The notes under the pieces are model-generated. The model made no database searches. It had not been told where the DNA came from and was given only the letters and a program-made list of their open reading frames with translations. Shown here piece after piece: positions 53,750-64,000 of a stretch of 64,000 nucleotides of DNA. Numbering within the stretch: the stretch's first letter is position 1; every line of letters begins with the position of its first letter. The stretch comes from Callorhinchus milii (taxonomy: Eukaryota): assembly GCF_018977255.1 (NCBI RefSeq), contig NW_024704758.1:12462001-12526000 (forward strand). Direction: 5' to 3'. Both the position numbers and the translations under genes were made by a program.

Positions 53750-53801
53750 TATAATCTTCGGTTCACTTTTCCGATTGGACATTGTTTATATCCGCCAAGT
53801 G

Positions 53802-53816
53802 GAGAGAGACAGAGAG

Positions 53817-53847
<31 letters not shown>
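53802..53847 (+). repeat. Compound (GA)/(CA) microsatellite in the DBX1 3' UTR
   Basis: Read directly from the sequence. Confidence 0.85.
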
Positions 53848-54144
53848 ATTAACTTTTATTTGTTTGAGATGCGTCGGTTTTATTGTTACCGAATTTTTGT
53901 ACAGATTCTGTGAGTTGTACGAATATTTTATACTAAGATTATTATGAACGATTTATACATACATAGAGTTTAGATTTTAATAAGAAAAACAATGTTTGGA
54001 AACGTTTTTTTAATGACTTAACTTGAAAAAAAATGTAGGCTTTTGAGGTCATAACTTATATAAAAAAAGAAATGTTTTATTTTGTGTCCCACGAGGTGTA
54101 TAGGTGGATAATGTTTATATCAAACGGTTTGTACCATACCAAAT

Positions 54145-54280
54145 AATAAAAAAAATAAGTAGAGATTATCAGATACGTTGAAAAGAAACTTATAAATTAC
54201 TGTTGTCAAAGAGATTTATTTTTTTTCGTTTGTTTGTGACGGAAAACTTTTCTGAGATCGTCTGGGAGTAAGTAAATAAA
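54145..54280 (+). terminator. Candidate DBX1 polyadenylation signals
   Basis: AATAAA at 54145-54150 and 54275-54280, 0.4-0.5 kb after the stop codon. A U/GU-rich tract at about 54215-54240 follows the first. Confidence 0.5.
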
Positions 54281-55698
54281 ACAAATTACTTACCCACATT
54301 GATATAAAATCAGATTGATATAAATTCTTAAAATTTATTTACAAGAAGATAAGGTGGGGTTTTGGGGGGGTCCGGTTGGGTGGGGGGGAGGGGGGACAAA
54401 GTTCCTCCAACAATAAACAACACTTTTAGAAAAAAGTAGTTACAATTTTGCGAAAAGTGGAATATCCCTTTTGTGCAATTCGCAGTACAGTGGCTCCAGT
54501 CAGATCTCCATCAAGTAGCTGATACTTATTGCACATTGACATTGCATTGACTTATTATTATTATTACTACTTACGTTTTGGGCTATTTCATATATTTGAG
54601 AAATGATGGAATCCACAAATCGTCGTTGCAGAAGTGGCCACACGAGCACTAGATTCATAACAACACCTCACTGGCTAAAGATAACAATTAATATTCTTTT
54701 AATATCTTGAATCATACCGAGACCTGATCCCACACCTGACCTCAATGGATGAAGGTTCCACTGTTAGGCAAGTGGTCCTATGTGCGTTTTGTCAAAAAGA
54801 TACCTCATTTTTTATGAGTTTTTGCAAACAAACAGCATTTTTTTTTAACATTTAGCATTACAAACAGCAGGTGAATTAGATGCAACCTGCAACAGGTGAC
54901 AGAGGAGAATTACACATCATTACCTCCAAATTCTGGCTTGATACCAGACTGGGTCAACTCGGTACAGTTTCAAGGCAGCGAATTATATTTTTGTGGCTCA
55001 TTTGCCAAGATCTGGCACCAGTGTTGAGCCACCAAAGCCCCAGGCTCCCCAAACAGCTTCACCACCTCATCCAGACACGTGTGGGTGAGGAAGAACATTG
55101 ATTTTATGGATCAAAAAAGCACATTATTTGAAATCTCTCCTGGGCTGAGCTGGAGGACAACTCAAAATCACAATCACCTGCATCTCATTAAGGCCCTTCA
55201 CCTAAGTAGTCCAAATGGATTGAAGGTAAGGAAGATTTCTGACTGTCTTTCTGATGGCATTTAACAAAGTTTATTGTCCAGAACCTTCAAAGCAATACTG
55301 CAAGGAATTAATGAGCTGCTTATGGGTATTTCATTGCAGTGAACTTATTAATCTGTGTCTAAACGCTGCACACGTAACAGCAACATCTGGAGCCAGATAA
55401 TACCAGGTGCACATTTAGAGGGAGTTTGTTTTTTCCTCATCTACACAGCAGAAACGTCTTTGCGGGAAAACATTATAGTTTTACTATAAAACCCTGTGTT
55501 GAGGCAGTAACATTTCACTTATTTGACATTTCATCTGTACCCTTTAAACATGCAATTCTAACTGTAACCACACAGTGCACGCCAATATTTCTCTTTCAAC
55601 TCTGGAATATAATGTGGCTAATGACAATTAATCTTTGCCCAAAGAAAAAATGTACCTTTAGTTTTTTGGTCGAAAGTATTGGGAGTCTGTGAAGTTAT

Positions 55699-56212
55699 TT
55701 GCCCTCTCGTGGGCATAGAGAGCACAACTACTGTGAGGCGGTTCGAATTTGTCCCCTAGTGATGGGACTTCAGTGTTGTGACAACACATGGTTTTAAATG
55801 TTGGGATTCCTATTCATCATCCCCAAAGGACACACTCCAGGTCTCTATTCCCTCTGTTATGGTTTGAAGAGTGTTTCTAATTCTGATGGCGCCTGGAAGA
55901 TGATGGACCAGTTACATTGGACCAGTAAAATAAGTTGTTTCACCAACAAAATATACACACAATTCACTTTACAGTATATTGTGTTGCGACGTCTCGAAGA
56001 TGTGATAAGGCGCTATATCAAATGCAGGTATTATTATTATGGGGCTGACATTTGGTTTAATGGGGCCACTGAAGAAATCACCGTTAATGAACTACAGCCA
56101 CCGGTGGATGACTTTATCTTCCCGAAGCATGAAGTATTCCCAAAGGGTGTGAGCAAAGCAAAGCAGTTGCTCCTTTCATTGTGTTCTGTGTGAATTTACT
56201 GACATCTGGTGG
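55699..56212 (-). promoter_or_regulatory. Cluster of three CTCF-like motifs between DBX1 and NAV2
   Basis: On the - strand: CCACGAGAGGGCAA (55699-55712), ATCACTAGGGGACA (55750-55763) and CCACCAGATGTCAGT (56198-56212). Confidence 0.45.
55940..56040 (+). mobile_element. SINE 3' part
   Basis: caattcactttacagtatatt...gacgtctcgaagatgtgataaggcgctatatcaaatgcaggtattattattat. Confidence 0.75.
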
Positions 56213-56379
56213 AAGGAGACATGTACGACAGAATTCATTTCTGTACAAAATCTGATCACAATTCAGCTCATCTCCATTGAATTAGTTTATCAGAAAGGCA
56301 AAGCTGATCAGTCCGTCCATCATATCGTCACTGTGGGCTGGACAGCTTTGCTCCAGTTGGAGACCTCGCTGTTGTAATT

Positions 56380-56855
56380 GTCTGTGTATCTCTATGTGTG
56401 TGTATCTCTCTCTGTTTGTGAGTGTCTATGTGTGTGTATCTCTCTCTGTTTGTGAGTGTCTATGTGGGTGTCTCTCTCCTCTGGTATGTGTCTGTTTGGG
56501 AGTGTCTCTGTGTGAGTGCGTCTGTATCTCTCTCTCCTCTGTATATATGTGTTTGTGAGTGTGTGTTTATGAACGTCACTGAGTGATTGTGGATGTGTCT
56601 TTCTCTCCTCTGTATGTGTTTATATGTCTCTTTGTGTCTGAGTGTGTGGGGGGTGCGCTGTGGGGGGGTGGTGGGCGGTGCGGTGGGCGACCCACCAATG
56701 CTGTGTCTCACTCTCTCTCTGAGAATGTGTGTCTCTGTGTCTGTGAGTGTGTGTGTCTCTCTGTGTCTCTTAGAGTCTGTGCGTCTCTCTTTGTGTCTCT
56801 GAGTGTGTATGTCTCTCTCTGTATGTGTCTCTCTCTGTGTCTCTATGTCTGTGTG
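56380..56855 (+). repeat. Compound (TG)/(TC) low-complexity tract
   Basis: About 470 bp of interleaved TG and TC runs, including a duplicated unit of about 34 bp (tatgtgtgtgtatctctctctgtttgtgagtgtc). Confidence 0.9.
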
Positions 56856-57219
56856 CAGTGCTAAGCCCTAAGAGGCAGGAGGTGGTGAGCTACTGTAGCC
56901 CTCCCACTCAGGACACTGGTTCTGAGTGTCTGNTTTTTAACAGATCTCCAGGCCCTTCGAGCCAGCATTGGTGTGTCGCCCACCCACCATCCCCCACAGC
57001 GCACCTCCCACCCAGTTTTCGTTAAAGAAGACATTAATGAAAATGTTTTGCAACAATCTAATACGTGTTATTTCCTCATCTTTAGTTTTTAGCAATAAAG
57101 TGAAAAAATATCAGTTGGCAGTAAAATGTACAACAAAAGCACCAATCAACTCCCCCCAGTTCTCCGCAAAATTTGAGATCAATAGGTGAGCAGAAAGAGA
57201 TTAATAAGAGTAACAGGGA

Positions 57220-59620
57220 GTTGAATAAATAAGCATTCATTTTATTGAATCAGGAATAATTTAAGACTGGTACAATAACTAGATTTATTCCTTAACTGAG
57301 ACATGATCTTGTGCGAACCATTAATGAATCCAATGAGAGACCAGGAGAACGAACTTAATTCAAATGGGATGACACATCATACAGTACACAAAATACTCAT
57401 TTCCTAGTGTTTTAAAAATGGCTAGAAAAGTCATCAAAATGCATCACTGTAATCTATTTACAATTTATGTTACAATGAATAAAATGTACATCATATTAAA
57501 CACATTCAAAACAACTGTTCCACTTAAACCGCTAGGTCCTACAAATAGTTTCCATTGAACAACCATACTTGGTGAAAAATTATCACAAGTAACAAACATG
57601 AGTTTGGTACAATAATCATTACTATGATCAGCATTTCATCATTTTGTTTCTCCAAATTTACAGAAAACACTAGCTAGAAATCAAGCCAAAGCCATATACA
57701 AGTCCTTTCCAGCCTGTACAATTCTTGGCAGTTTTCAAAAAAATTATTTTTTTTTGCCTTTTGACTTCCATTAAAATTCCGCATGAACATTGCATAGCAT
57801 CTTCAACTCAGAACACTATTTAACAACCAGACACCATGATTGGAGGGGAAGTAAAGAAGGACTCTTGGAAGCATTTTTTAAAAAAAAATTACAAAAATTG
57901 AAACAAATACACATCAGAAACAATTCAATCAAACCGCTGGTTCATGTTCCTTCGCTCAACCCACCTCCTATTCTGAGTTGAGCCATAACAACCATCACAG
58001 TTTCAATGCCACAATGGACAGACAGTGACCAGGATACTGTAACAACAAGGCTATGGCAGAGAAACCAAAACATGAGGTATAGTAAAACACGCTGATCAGT
58101 CGAAGTGCATGAACACCCAACTCTGTGTGAATACATCACTAAGTAGGGGAAAACAGCACAGCACAACAAGCTCCCCGAATAGAAAGTTTATTACTCAGTC
58201 ACTGGATGATTTCAATATTTATACATCAATACTTCTGTAGGGTTGATCATGGATGTATTTTTTGCAGGGATGGCATTAACCTCTATACAATGGATCCCAA
58301 GCTTACAGTTTTTGCACAGTAGATGATCCACTATCAGGTGCAAACGCAATAAACTGTAGACCTTACAGTGTGAAATCATTGATTTTCCTCCTTGATTCTC
58401 TTACTTATAGCAAATTACTTGTTTTTCTTATTTTATTTAAAACAGCACGAATAAAAAATACCTTGATCGTTTTAATATTTGAGATGAAATTTCAGCCCTG
58501 TTTTCAGAAACTCAAACAATACAGAATAAATTGCCCCAAACAAAACCCCGCCAAAGAAAATTAGTACAAAAGAGTAAGGCATCATTTAATTCCAGCACCA
58601 GATGTAGCTAAAGGCTTGCGTGGATTTGGCTGAAGGATTGCGGTTATCGCTGAGGTACAGCTCAATCCAGCTTTTTTTTTAAAATTCTCTTTTTGTATTT
58701 GCAAAAAAACAAACAAATAGAAGTGCAATTCTGGTGGAGGTGTTATCAGTCCTGGTGAAGATACAAGCCTTTTTGACAATCAAGTTGTATGTGTGTGTGT
58801 GCGCGCGCGTTCTGAATAAGGAAAAGCGAGAGGAGGAGAAAACGGGGACCTTTCGGTGTTGACTTCTGGCTCAACCATGTTTCAAGTATCTGACCCTTCA
58901 GTTGTGAAAGGTAAAGAGTTCAGTTGGCTACGAAAAAAAAAAAAACTGGTGAAAACCAACTGAATGGGGGTGGTGGGGGGGTGTATACCGGGGATGAAAC
59001 TGAGCCCGTAATCATGTGTTGGCAGAGAAGTGGCTTGTTTTATAATTCGACAAAGAGCAACATGGTGGGTAACATTAGCACCAGAACCACCAGCAACTTG
59101 AGGTTTCTGTGTCCCCGTTATTGAAGGAGTTGGTTGGAATGTCCAGTGTCCACTGACCGTTTGGTTGAGAGCAGCATAGGGTATTAGTCTTTCCAGGACA
59201 GTACTTGGCACGCTGTTGGTTCCATACCTTTTAAAATCAGGTTTCGGTATTTTGTAACGCATTTCTTCATTGGCACGGCATTAAACGCCTCGAGCAGTTA
59301 AAAGAAGAAATAGTGCAGTTCTGGTTTACGAAATAAAACTGTGAGGATGAGGAAGGGGATGGGGAGGAGGAGGAGGGGGAAAAAACCCACAAATTGAATC
59401 TCCCTTTGGGTTGCCTGCACCCGTCGGAGTTAAATCAAAATAAAGTGTCTTGTACCAGCCTCGCTGTTTTTCTTTCTAAAAACGGAGGCTTCTGTCTGTT
59501 CAACTGAGGAACAAATCAGTTTCGCTCACTTAAAACAACTACTAAGGTCCTCACCTTCAGCCGAAGTATTCAGAGAAATGATGGACACAAGAGGCAGAAT
59601 AGTTCGTCAGAAAAGTCTGC
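57220..59620 (-). other. NAV2: NAV2 3' UTR (about 2.4 kb, distal end inferred)
   Basis: Follows the NAV2 stop codon, is U-rich on the - strand and shows no obvious retroposon. AATAAA on the - strand at 57241-57246; a proximal alternative at 58187-58192. Confidence 0.6.
57241..57246 (-). terminator. Candidate NAV2 polyadenylation signal
   Basis: TTTATT on + (AATAAA on -) at the far end of the UTR-like tract. Confidence 0.5.
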
Positions 59621-59746
59621 TCAAAGCGTGGACTCCAGAGACGAATCAAGAATGTCATCGTGATGGCTGTTGCTGTTCGAGTCACTGTCATAACTATGGG
59701 GACTTGAGTAATTTGCAGCTTCCTGTAGCCTCATCAACATATTCAT
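59621..59746 (-). CDS. NAV2: NAV2 last coding exon
   Basis: Acceptor ttttatttatag|. Encodes MNMLMRLQEAANYSSPHSYDSDSNSNSHHDDILDSSLESTL then TGA, the characteristic NAV2 C-terminus. Confidence 0.95.
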   Translation of the reverse strand: MNMLMRLQEAANYSSPHSYDSDSNSNSHHDDILDSSLESTL

Positions 59747-59952
59747 CTATAAATAAAAAATGCCAAGCAAGTTCAGGACCAAATAGCAGGTGACACATTC
59801 TAAGCTGTAGATCTACAACACTTCCAACATTCAGGTCAGTGTGATTGCTCTGGCCTTTGCAAAGTGGCCTTTTGTTTAATCTGTTTGTTAAAGCACCGCC
59901 TCATTGCCACAGTCGTACAAATTCAAAACTTTAGAACTGTTTTCCAACTCAC

Positions 59953-60156
59953 AAGAGGGTCTCCTTCTACATCACTCTGTTGGGGCTGTTTACTGGAACC
60001 TCCTTCCCGGGTTTGTGTGAAGCCATCAAAGCCGACATCTTCAGGCCTCAGCTGTAACAGAGGGGGCCATTCATGATGCTGTGGAGTGGCAGTCCAAGTA
60101 TATGTGTCCATCACCCACTTAGCTGGGTCCTCCCACGCACTTCTTCTCCCATAGAG
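59953..60156 (-). CDS. NAV2: NAV2 penultimate coding exon
   Basis: Acceptor ttttcctaatag|, donor CTT|GTGAGT. 204 nt, encodes LYGRRSAWEDPAKWVMDTYTWTATPQHHEWPPLLQLRPEDVGFDGFTQTREGGSSKQPQQSDVEGDPL. Confidence 0.95.
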
Positions 60157-60469
60157 CTATTAGGAAAAACAGAGTTACTACACTTCCAGAATGATCAGGC
60201 GCACAATCAAACGCCCTCAAGGTGCATTTCAACTCATCCAGACCATTGATACAAAATCCATACTTTGAATTACAAATTAAGGAATCTGTAATAGACTTGG
60301 CAATCGCACAAAACAATAGCTAACGTATTAACAGAAGTGGCAATTTTTCCTGAGTGAACTTAGGCTATAAGTGTTGGCAGACAATCAATCATGGAGAATC
60401 ATAGCCTGATACTGATACTAAAACAAAATCGTGCCTTACAGGCAAATTATTCCAGTGGCCTTGGCTTAC

Positions 60470-60588
60470 CTGCAACCCTTCTCTCACTGCCTCCAGCAGA
60501 TAAGGAATAATAGAATAATTCCACAAATCAGTAAACCAAACTCTTGAACCATCCACATCCATTGGGCATGACAAGAACAGTCGAGGAC
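60470..60588 (-). CDS. NAV2: NAV2 coding exon
   Basis: Acceptor ctttcctag|, donor CAG|GTAAGC. 119 nt, encodes PRLFLSCPMDVDGSRVWFTDLWNYSIIPYLLEAVREGLQ. Confidence 0.95.
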
Positions 60589-61325
60589 CTAGGAAAGTAA
60601 ATGTAACAGTGAATTACAATCTTTAACATTTTATGTTTAGTAAAAATTATAATATACATATAAAAAAAAAGTACATGATTGCATTATTCCATTCATTCGT
60701 TTGGGATTCGGAAATGAAACTGAAGTAACATTACGTTCTGAAACAGTTTGCCCAGTTTGTGTCTGTAATGCACTATTGCATTCATAACCTCAGTAAATGT
60801 TTCCCTCAACCCACCTGAATGACAAAGATATTTGTCACATGGTTGGAGATCTAGATTCTCATCTATTTGTCTAATTTGAATAAAAGAAGACTCCATTTTT
60901 CCCCCCTAAATTTTCAAATAATTCATGTGTACTGAGTACGGTTTGACATCTCAAAATTCATATCTGTCCCTCCGAGAAAGAGTAGCATCATGCAATGATA
61001 AATGAAGCATCTATAATCATTACCTTTATGATAAACGACAATGCATATAATCTCAGAAGCATGACTGCTACATCTATTCCAACAGCTTTTGGTCATTCAA
61101 GCATTTCAAAATAAACCATGTGCATTAATCAATGTCATTTACTCTCCTGCCTTTTACATGCAGGTAAGTACACAGTTTTGAAGTACTAATATTGTAATGT
61201 AACTCAAAAGTTTAGAGGATGTCATAAACCATAAAATATCAGCAACACAAGTCCTTCACCTGAGCCCCATTTAAAACAGAACCTTTCACTCAACTCTCTT
61301 TTGAAAAAGGAAAATAAATAATTAC

Positions 61326-61522
61326 CGATAGTGACATCAGAAGAGCTATGAGCTTCGAGGAATCTATTCAGGTGGTGCCAGACCTTGGGAATCCAGTCAA
61401 TAATCTTGACCAGCTCAGTGTTCCTCGTCCTGGTGCTGATCTCGGTTTCGATCAACTTCCTCCGCAGGTAACGTCCCAAGAAACCTTTGACTGGTTCAGT
61501 GTGATTGGCACATAGGACCCAC
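61326..61522 (-). CDS. NAV2: NAV2 coding exon
   Basis: Acceptor cgatag|, donor G|GTAATT. 197 nt, encodes WVLCANHTEPVKGFLGRYLRRKLIETEISTRTRNTELVKIIDWIPKVWHHLNRFLEAHSSSDVTI(G). Confidence 0.95.
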
Positions 61523-62044
61523 CTATCGCAGGAAAAACAGTGATCATATTTACGAGCTACGTGTGAAATGTGATTTATTTGTCATAGTCTAATTTACAGA
61601 AAGGGAAGAAAAAAATCAAACACGGCCATTTGGTAAAACCATTCTATACTTTATATTTGCTTGAAACACCTGAGAGTGTTGTTCCATCTCTCGGACTTCA
61701 GGTTTCCAGAAGCGAGTGGCGCAGGTACAAATCTTGCTTCCATTTTAAACACCAACCATGAAAAATAGTGGTGCTGTCAGGAAGTTCAGCTGAGGTTCCA
61801 CCAATCTCAGTGGCTGAAATACTTCAACTCCTTCAATATATGGGTTTTCTCCATCATTATTGTTACAGAGCTTTGCTCACATTTGTAGAAATTGTTGGAA
61901 CAAAGTGTTGGATTAACAATCCAAACTATTCATTCACAAGCCCCTGCTCTGTGCATATTCCGATCAATTGACAGCCCTAAATACACAAATCAAACATCGT
62001 GACACACTTTGAATTTACTATCGTCAAAGCAACACGGCGCATAC

Positions 62045-62116
62045 CTGAAGTTATGGTGAAGCTGGAGGTTAGGAGTTGAGGATGTAGCCTGGTTCATTGT
62101 GCCGATGATGTAAGGG
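62045..62116 (-). CDS. NAV2: NAV2 coding exon
   Basis: Acceptor ttttccag|, donor CAG|GTATGC. 72 nt, phase 2-2, encodes (C)PYIIGTMNQATSSTPNLQLHHNF(R). Confidence 0.94.
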
Positions 62117-62481
62117 CTGGAAAAACATGAAATGTCTAGACAGTCACATGGTTAGACCATAAAACAGACTGAAATATATTTGAGTGTGTTGCCCATATTT
62201 CCTGAATTTCACGCTTTACTGCATCAGTCTCCATGCAATAAGCAGGCTCTTTTACAAAAAAATTAATCTTATCTCATTTCATATTGAGGTATAAGCGCGA
62301 CAATGAAAATGACTGCGCTCATGGGTTATGCAAGTTCTACATTATTTTATCAAGTCTGCACGTGGCAGCAACATGCAAGCTTTTTATAGTGAGATAAAGG
62401 GAAAGGAAACAGGGTCTTACAGTAAAACCACTCGGGGTTTCACTGAGCTGTACCATACACAGTCACAACACACTAAAAATC

Positions 62482-62543
62482 CTGTGACATGCTTTGAGAC
62501 ATCCTCCTGATGTGAATGGCTCCATATCAAACATTATTATTAT
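62482..62543 (+). mobile_element. Decayed SINE/L2 3' tail in a NAV2 intron
   Basis: ctgtgacatgctttgagacatcctcctgatgtgaatggctccatatcaaacattattattat. Confidence 0.6.
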
Positions 62544-62766
62544 AAAAGCAGGAAGGTGGCCAATTCCTAGAGAATTCAAAAGCCTCATTTTGCATCCAGA
62601 TTCTTTGGCAATTGAGTGGGGGGGGGGGGGGGGGGGGGGGCGCTGGGGGAATTCATGACAACCAGAAGGTTGCCAGCTCCTGTGTTGACTAGAATGTGGT
62701 GAGTCGTCAGCTTCAGGATAGGGAAAATAATAGGGGAAGAGGAAATTAAGCAAATGCATCATTTAC

Positions 62767-62921
62767 CATTTATGGTACTTGCAATTCAAGAGGCCATTAA
62801 AGATCTCCCCAAGCGAGCCAACGTGATGCAGGTTGTCGAGGATGATCACACTGGGCATGTCCACTGCGTTGGATTCACTGTTACACTGATCTGCGAGATT
62901 GGATAGATATTGACGCAGCTC
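62767..62921 (-). CDS. NAV2: NAV2 coding exon (Walker B region)
   Basis: Acceptor gttttcag|, donor TG|GTAAAT. 155 nt, encodes ELRQYLSNLADQCNSESNAVDMPSVIILDNLHHVGSLGEIFNGLLNCKYHK. Not in the ORF track; read by hand. Confidence 0.95.
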
Positions 62922-63261
62922 CTGAAAACAATAACAGGTTGTGTGTCAGTCTCTATGCCAGATCGACATGCACAATTCACAATTCACCTCAAGAAGAGGC
63001 GTTTCCCAAACAGCTGTTTAAACATGGAACAGAAGCTCACTTTTGTGTACGGTAATTCATTTGTAACAGTAATTTTTTTTTCAAACTGAAGTGCCAGGGG
63101 CAAGACTGCTGGAGGAATACACGTCCACAATAATTGATCGACTGGCAATAAGCCAATGAATTAACCAGACAGTCACTTGCTTCAAAACAGTACAAGGTAC
63201 CATACTTGACTTCAACACTCTTGGTTGAGAGAAAGTAAACAAAATCAACCAAGAATTGTCC

Positions 63262-63395
63262 TACAGTGACATCTACTGAACATGTCTATGAGGACAGGAG
63301 CAGATTCAGCTGTGATGCCTCCATGGTCAAATAGCCTGACAACATTCAAGGTCGAAAACCGTGCATGAAGAACAACCACTTGGGGGAGGTTCTGC
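63262..63395 (+). mobile_element. AmnSINE2-like 3' half in a NAV2 intron
   Basis: tgaggacaggagcagattcagctgtgatgcctccatggtcaaatagcctgacaacattca...catgaagaacaaccacttggg. Confidence 0.6.
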
Positions 63396-63517
63396 AATTT
63401 TTGGCTTCTGGGATATCCAACCACTTCCATTCGATGCAGGTTTGACTGTATTATCAACTGTACTTGTGCAGTTACATGTACAACAGGACTAATGTTAGAC
63501 GGGCTGGCGCTTCTCAC

Positions 63518-63753
63518 CTTGCTTGACTTATGATCCACGTTAAACGTAGCAATGACCCCATCGCTCAGTTCCCTGCCTTCCTTGAGCACCATGTACTCTC
63601 CAAGTCGATTAGCCAGGTAGGTTTTCCCAGTACCACTGGGCCCCGACAGAATAATCCGACGATGTTCCATTAGAAGTGAGACATATCGCTGCAGCATTGG
63701 CTTTGGGATCAGTGTTTCAAACACAAGGGAATCCAGGCTGTGCTGAGGCAAAC
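63518..63753 (-). CDS. NAV2: NAV2 internal coding exon (AAA+ Walker A); upstream exons lie beyond the window
   Basis: Encodes (G)LPQHSLDSLVFETLIPKPMLQRYVSLLMEHRRIILSGPSGTGKTYLANRLGEYMVLKEGRELSDGVIATFNVDHKSSK. Acceptor ctcag|, donor AAG|GTGAGA, 236 nt. Confidence 0.95.
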
Positions 63754-64000
63754 CTGAGCCACGGACAAAGGGTAGAACCAACAAGGTTACGCACAGAGAG
63801 CACTTTTGGAAGTAATAATCACATTTCCAGATTAAGGATATCTCTCTTATCCACCACACATCATGAATGATCAAATGTATGTTGCATTTTGGGAATTGTA
63901 GATGCAAGCAATCTGCTGTGAGCTCTAATTTGCAATGCTGTGTTTTTTAACTAGATTGTTGAATAAGAAATTCAGTTACAATTCCTGATGTCTACTCCAG

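Noticed and set aside
56460-57025. ORFs in the TG/TC tract
   Set aside because: Products of low-complexity repeat; an N at about 56933 also hints at lower assembly quality nearby.
58787-58810. (TG)n(CG)n potential Z-DNA in the NAV2 3' UTR
   Set aside because: Short, common microsatellite with no evidence of function.
63245-63907. 220-aa ORF as a standalone AAA ATPase gene
   Set aside because: Only 63518-63753 is exon; the flanks are intronic read-through, bounded by clear splice sites.

Overview
Vertebrate genomic DNA, probably from a cartilaginous fish (inferred from its SINE/LINE families; species not determinable). About 49 kb of non-coding gene desert precedes a complete four-exon DBX1 homeobox gene on the + strand (CDS 49704-53749, 339 aa). 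The last seven coding exons and 3' UTR of NAV2 follow on the - strand (CDS pieces 59621-63753), tail-to-tail with DBX1 as in human. All exon junctions are canonical (GT-AG) and in phase. The desert holds many decayed retroposons: DeuSINE-like and AmnSINE2-like SINEs, L2-like and CR1-like LINE 3' ends, and one palindromic MITE-like element. It also has several motif-dense blocks that are candidate enhancers. I found no convincing new protein-coding system. The best leads are regulatory and all untested: a broad CpG-retaining domain over DBX1, two same-orientation CTCF-like motif clusters, a strong-Kozak short ORF at the DBX1 start region, possible exons of an unannotated + strand transcript (including a 21-nt microexon-like unit), and miR-29/124/96/101 seed sites in the NAV2 3' UTR. 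Repeat boundaries are approximate, and family names come from recalled consensus sequences, not a database search.
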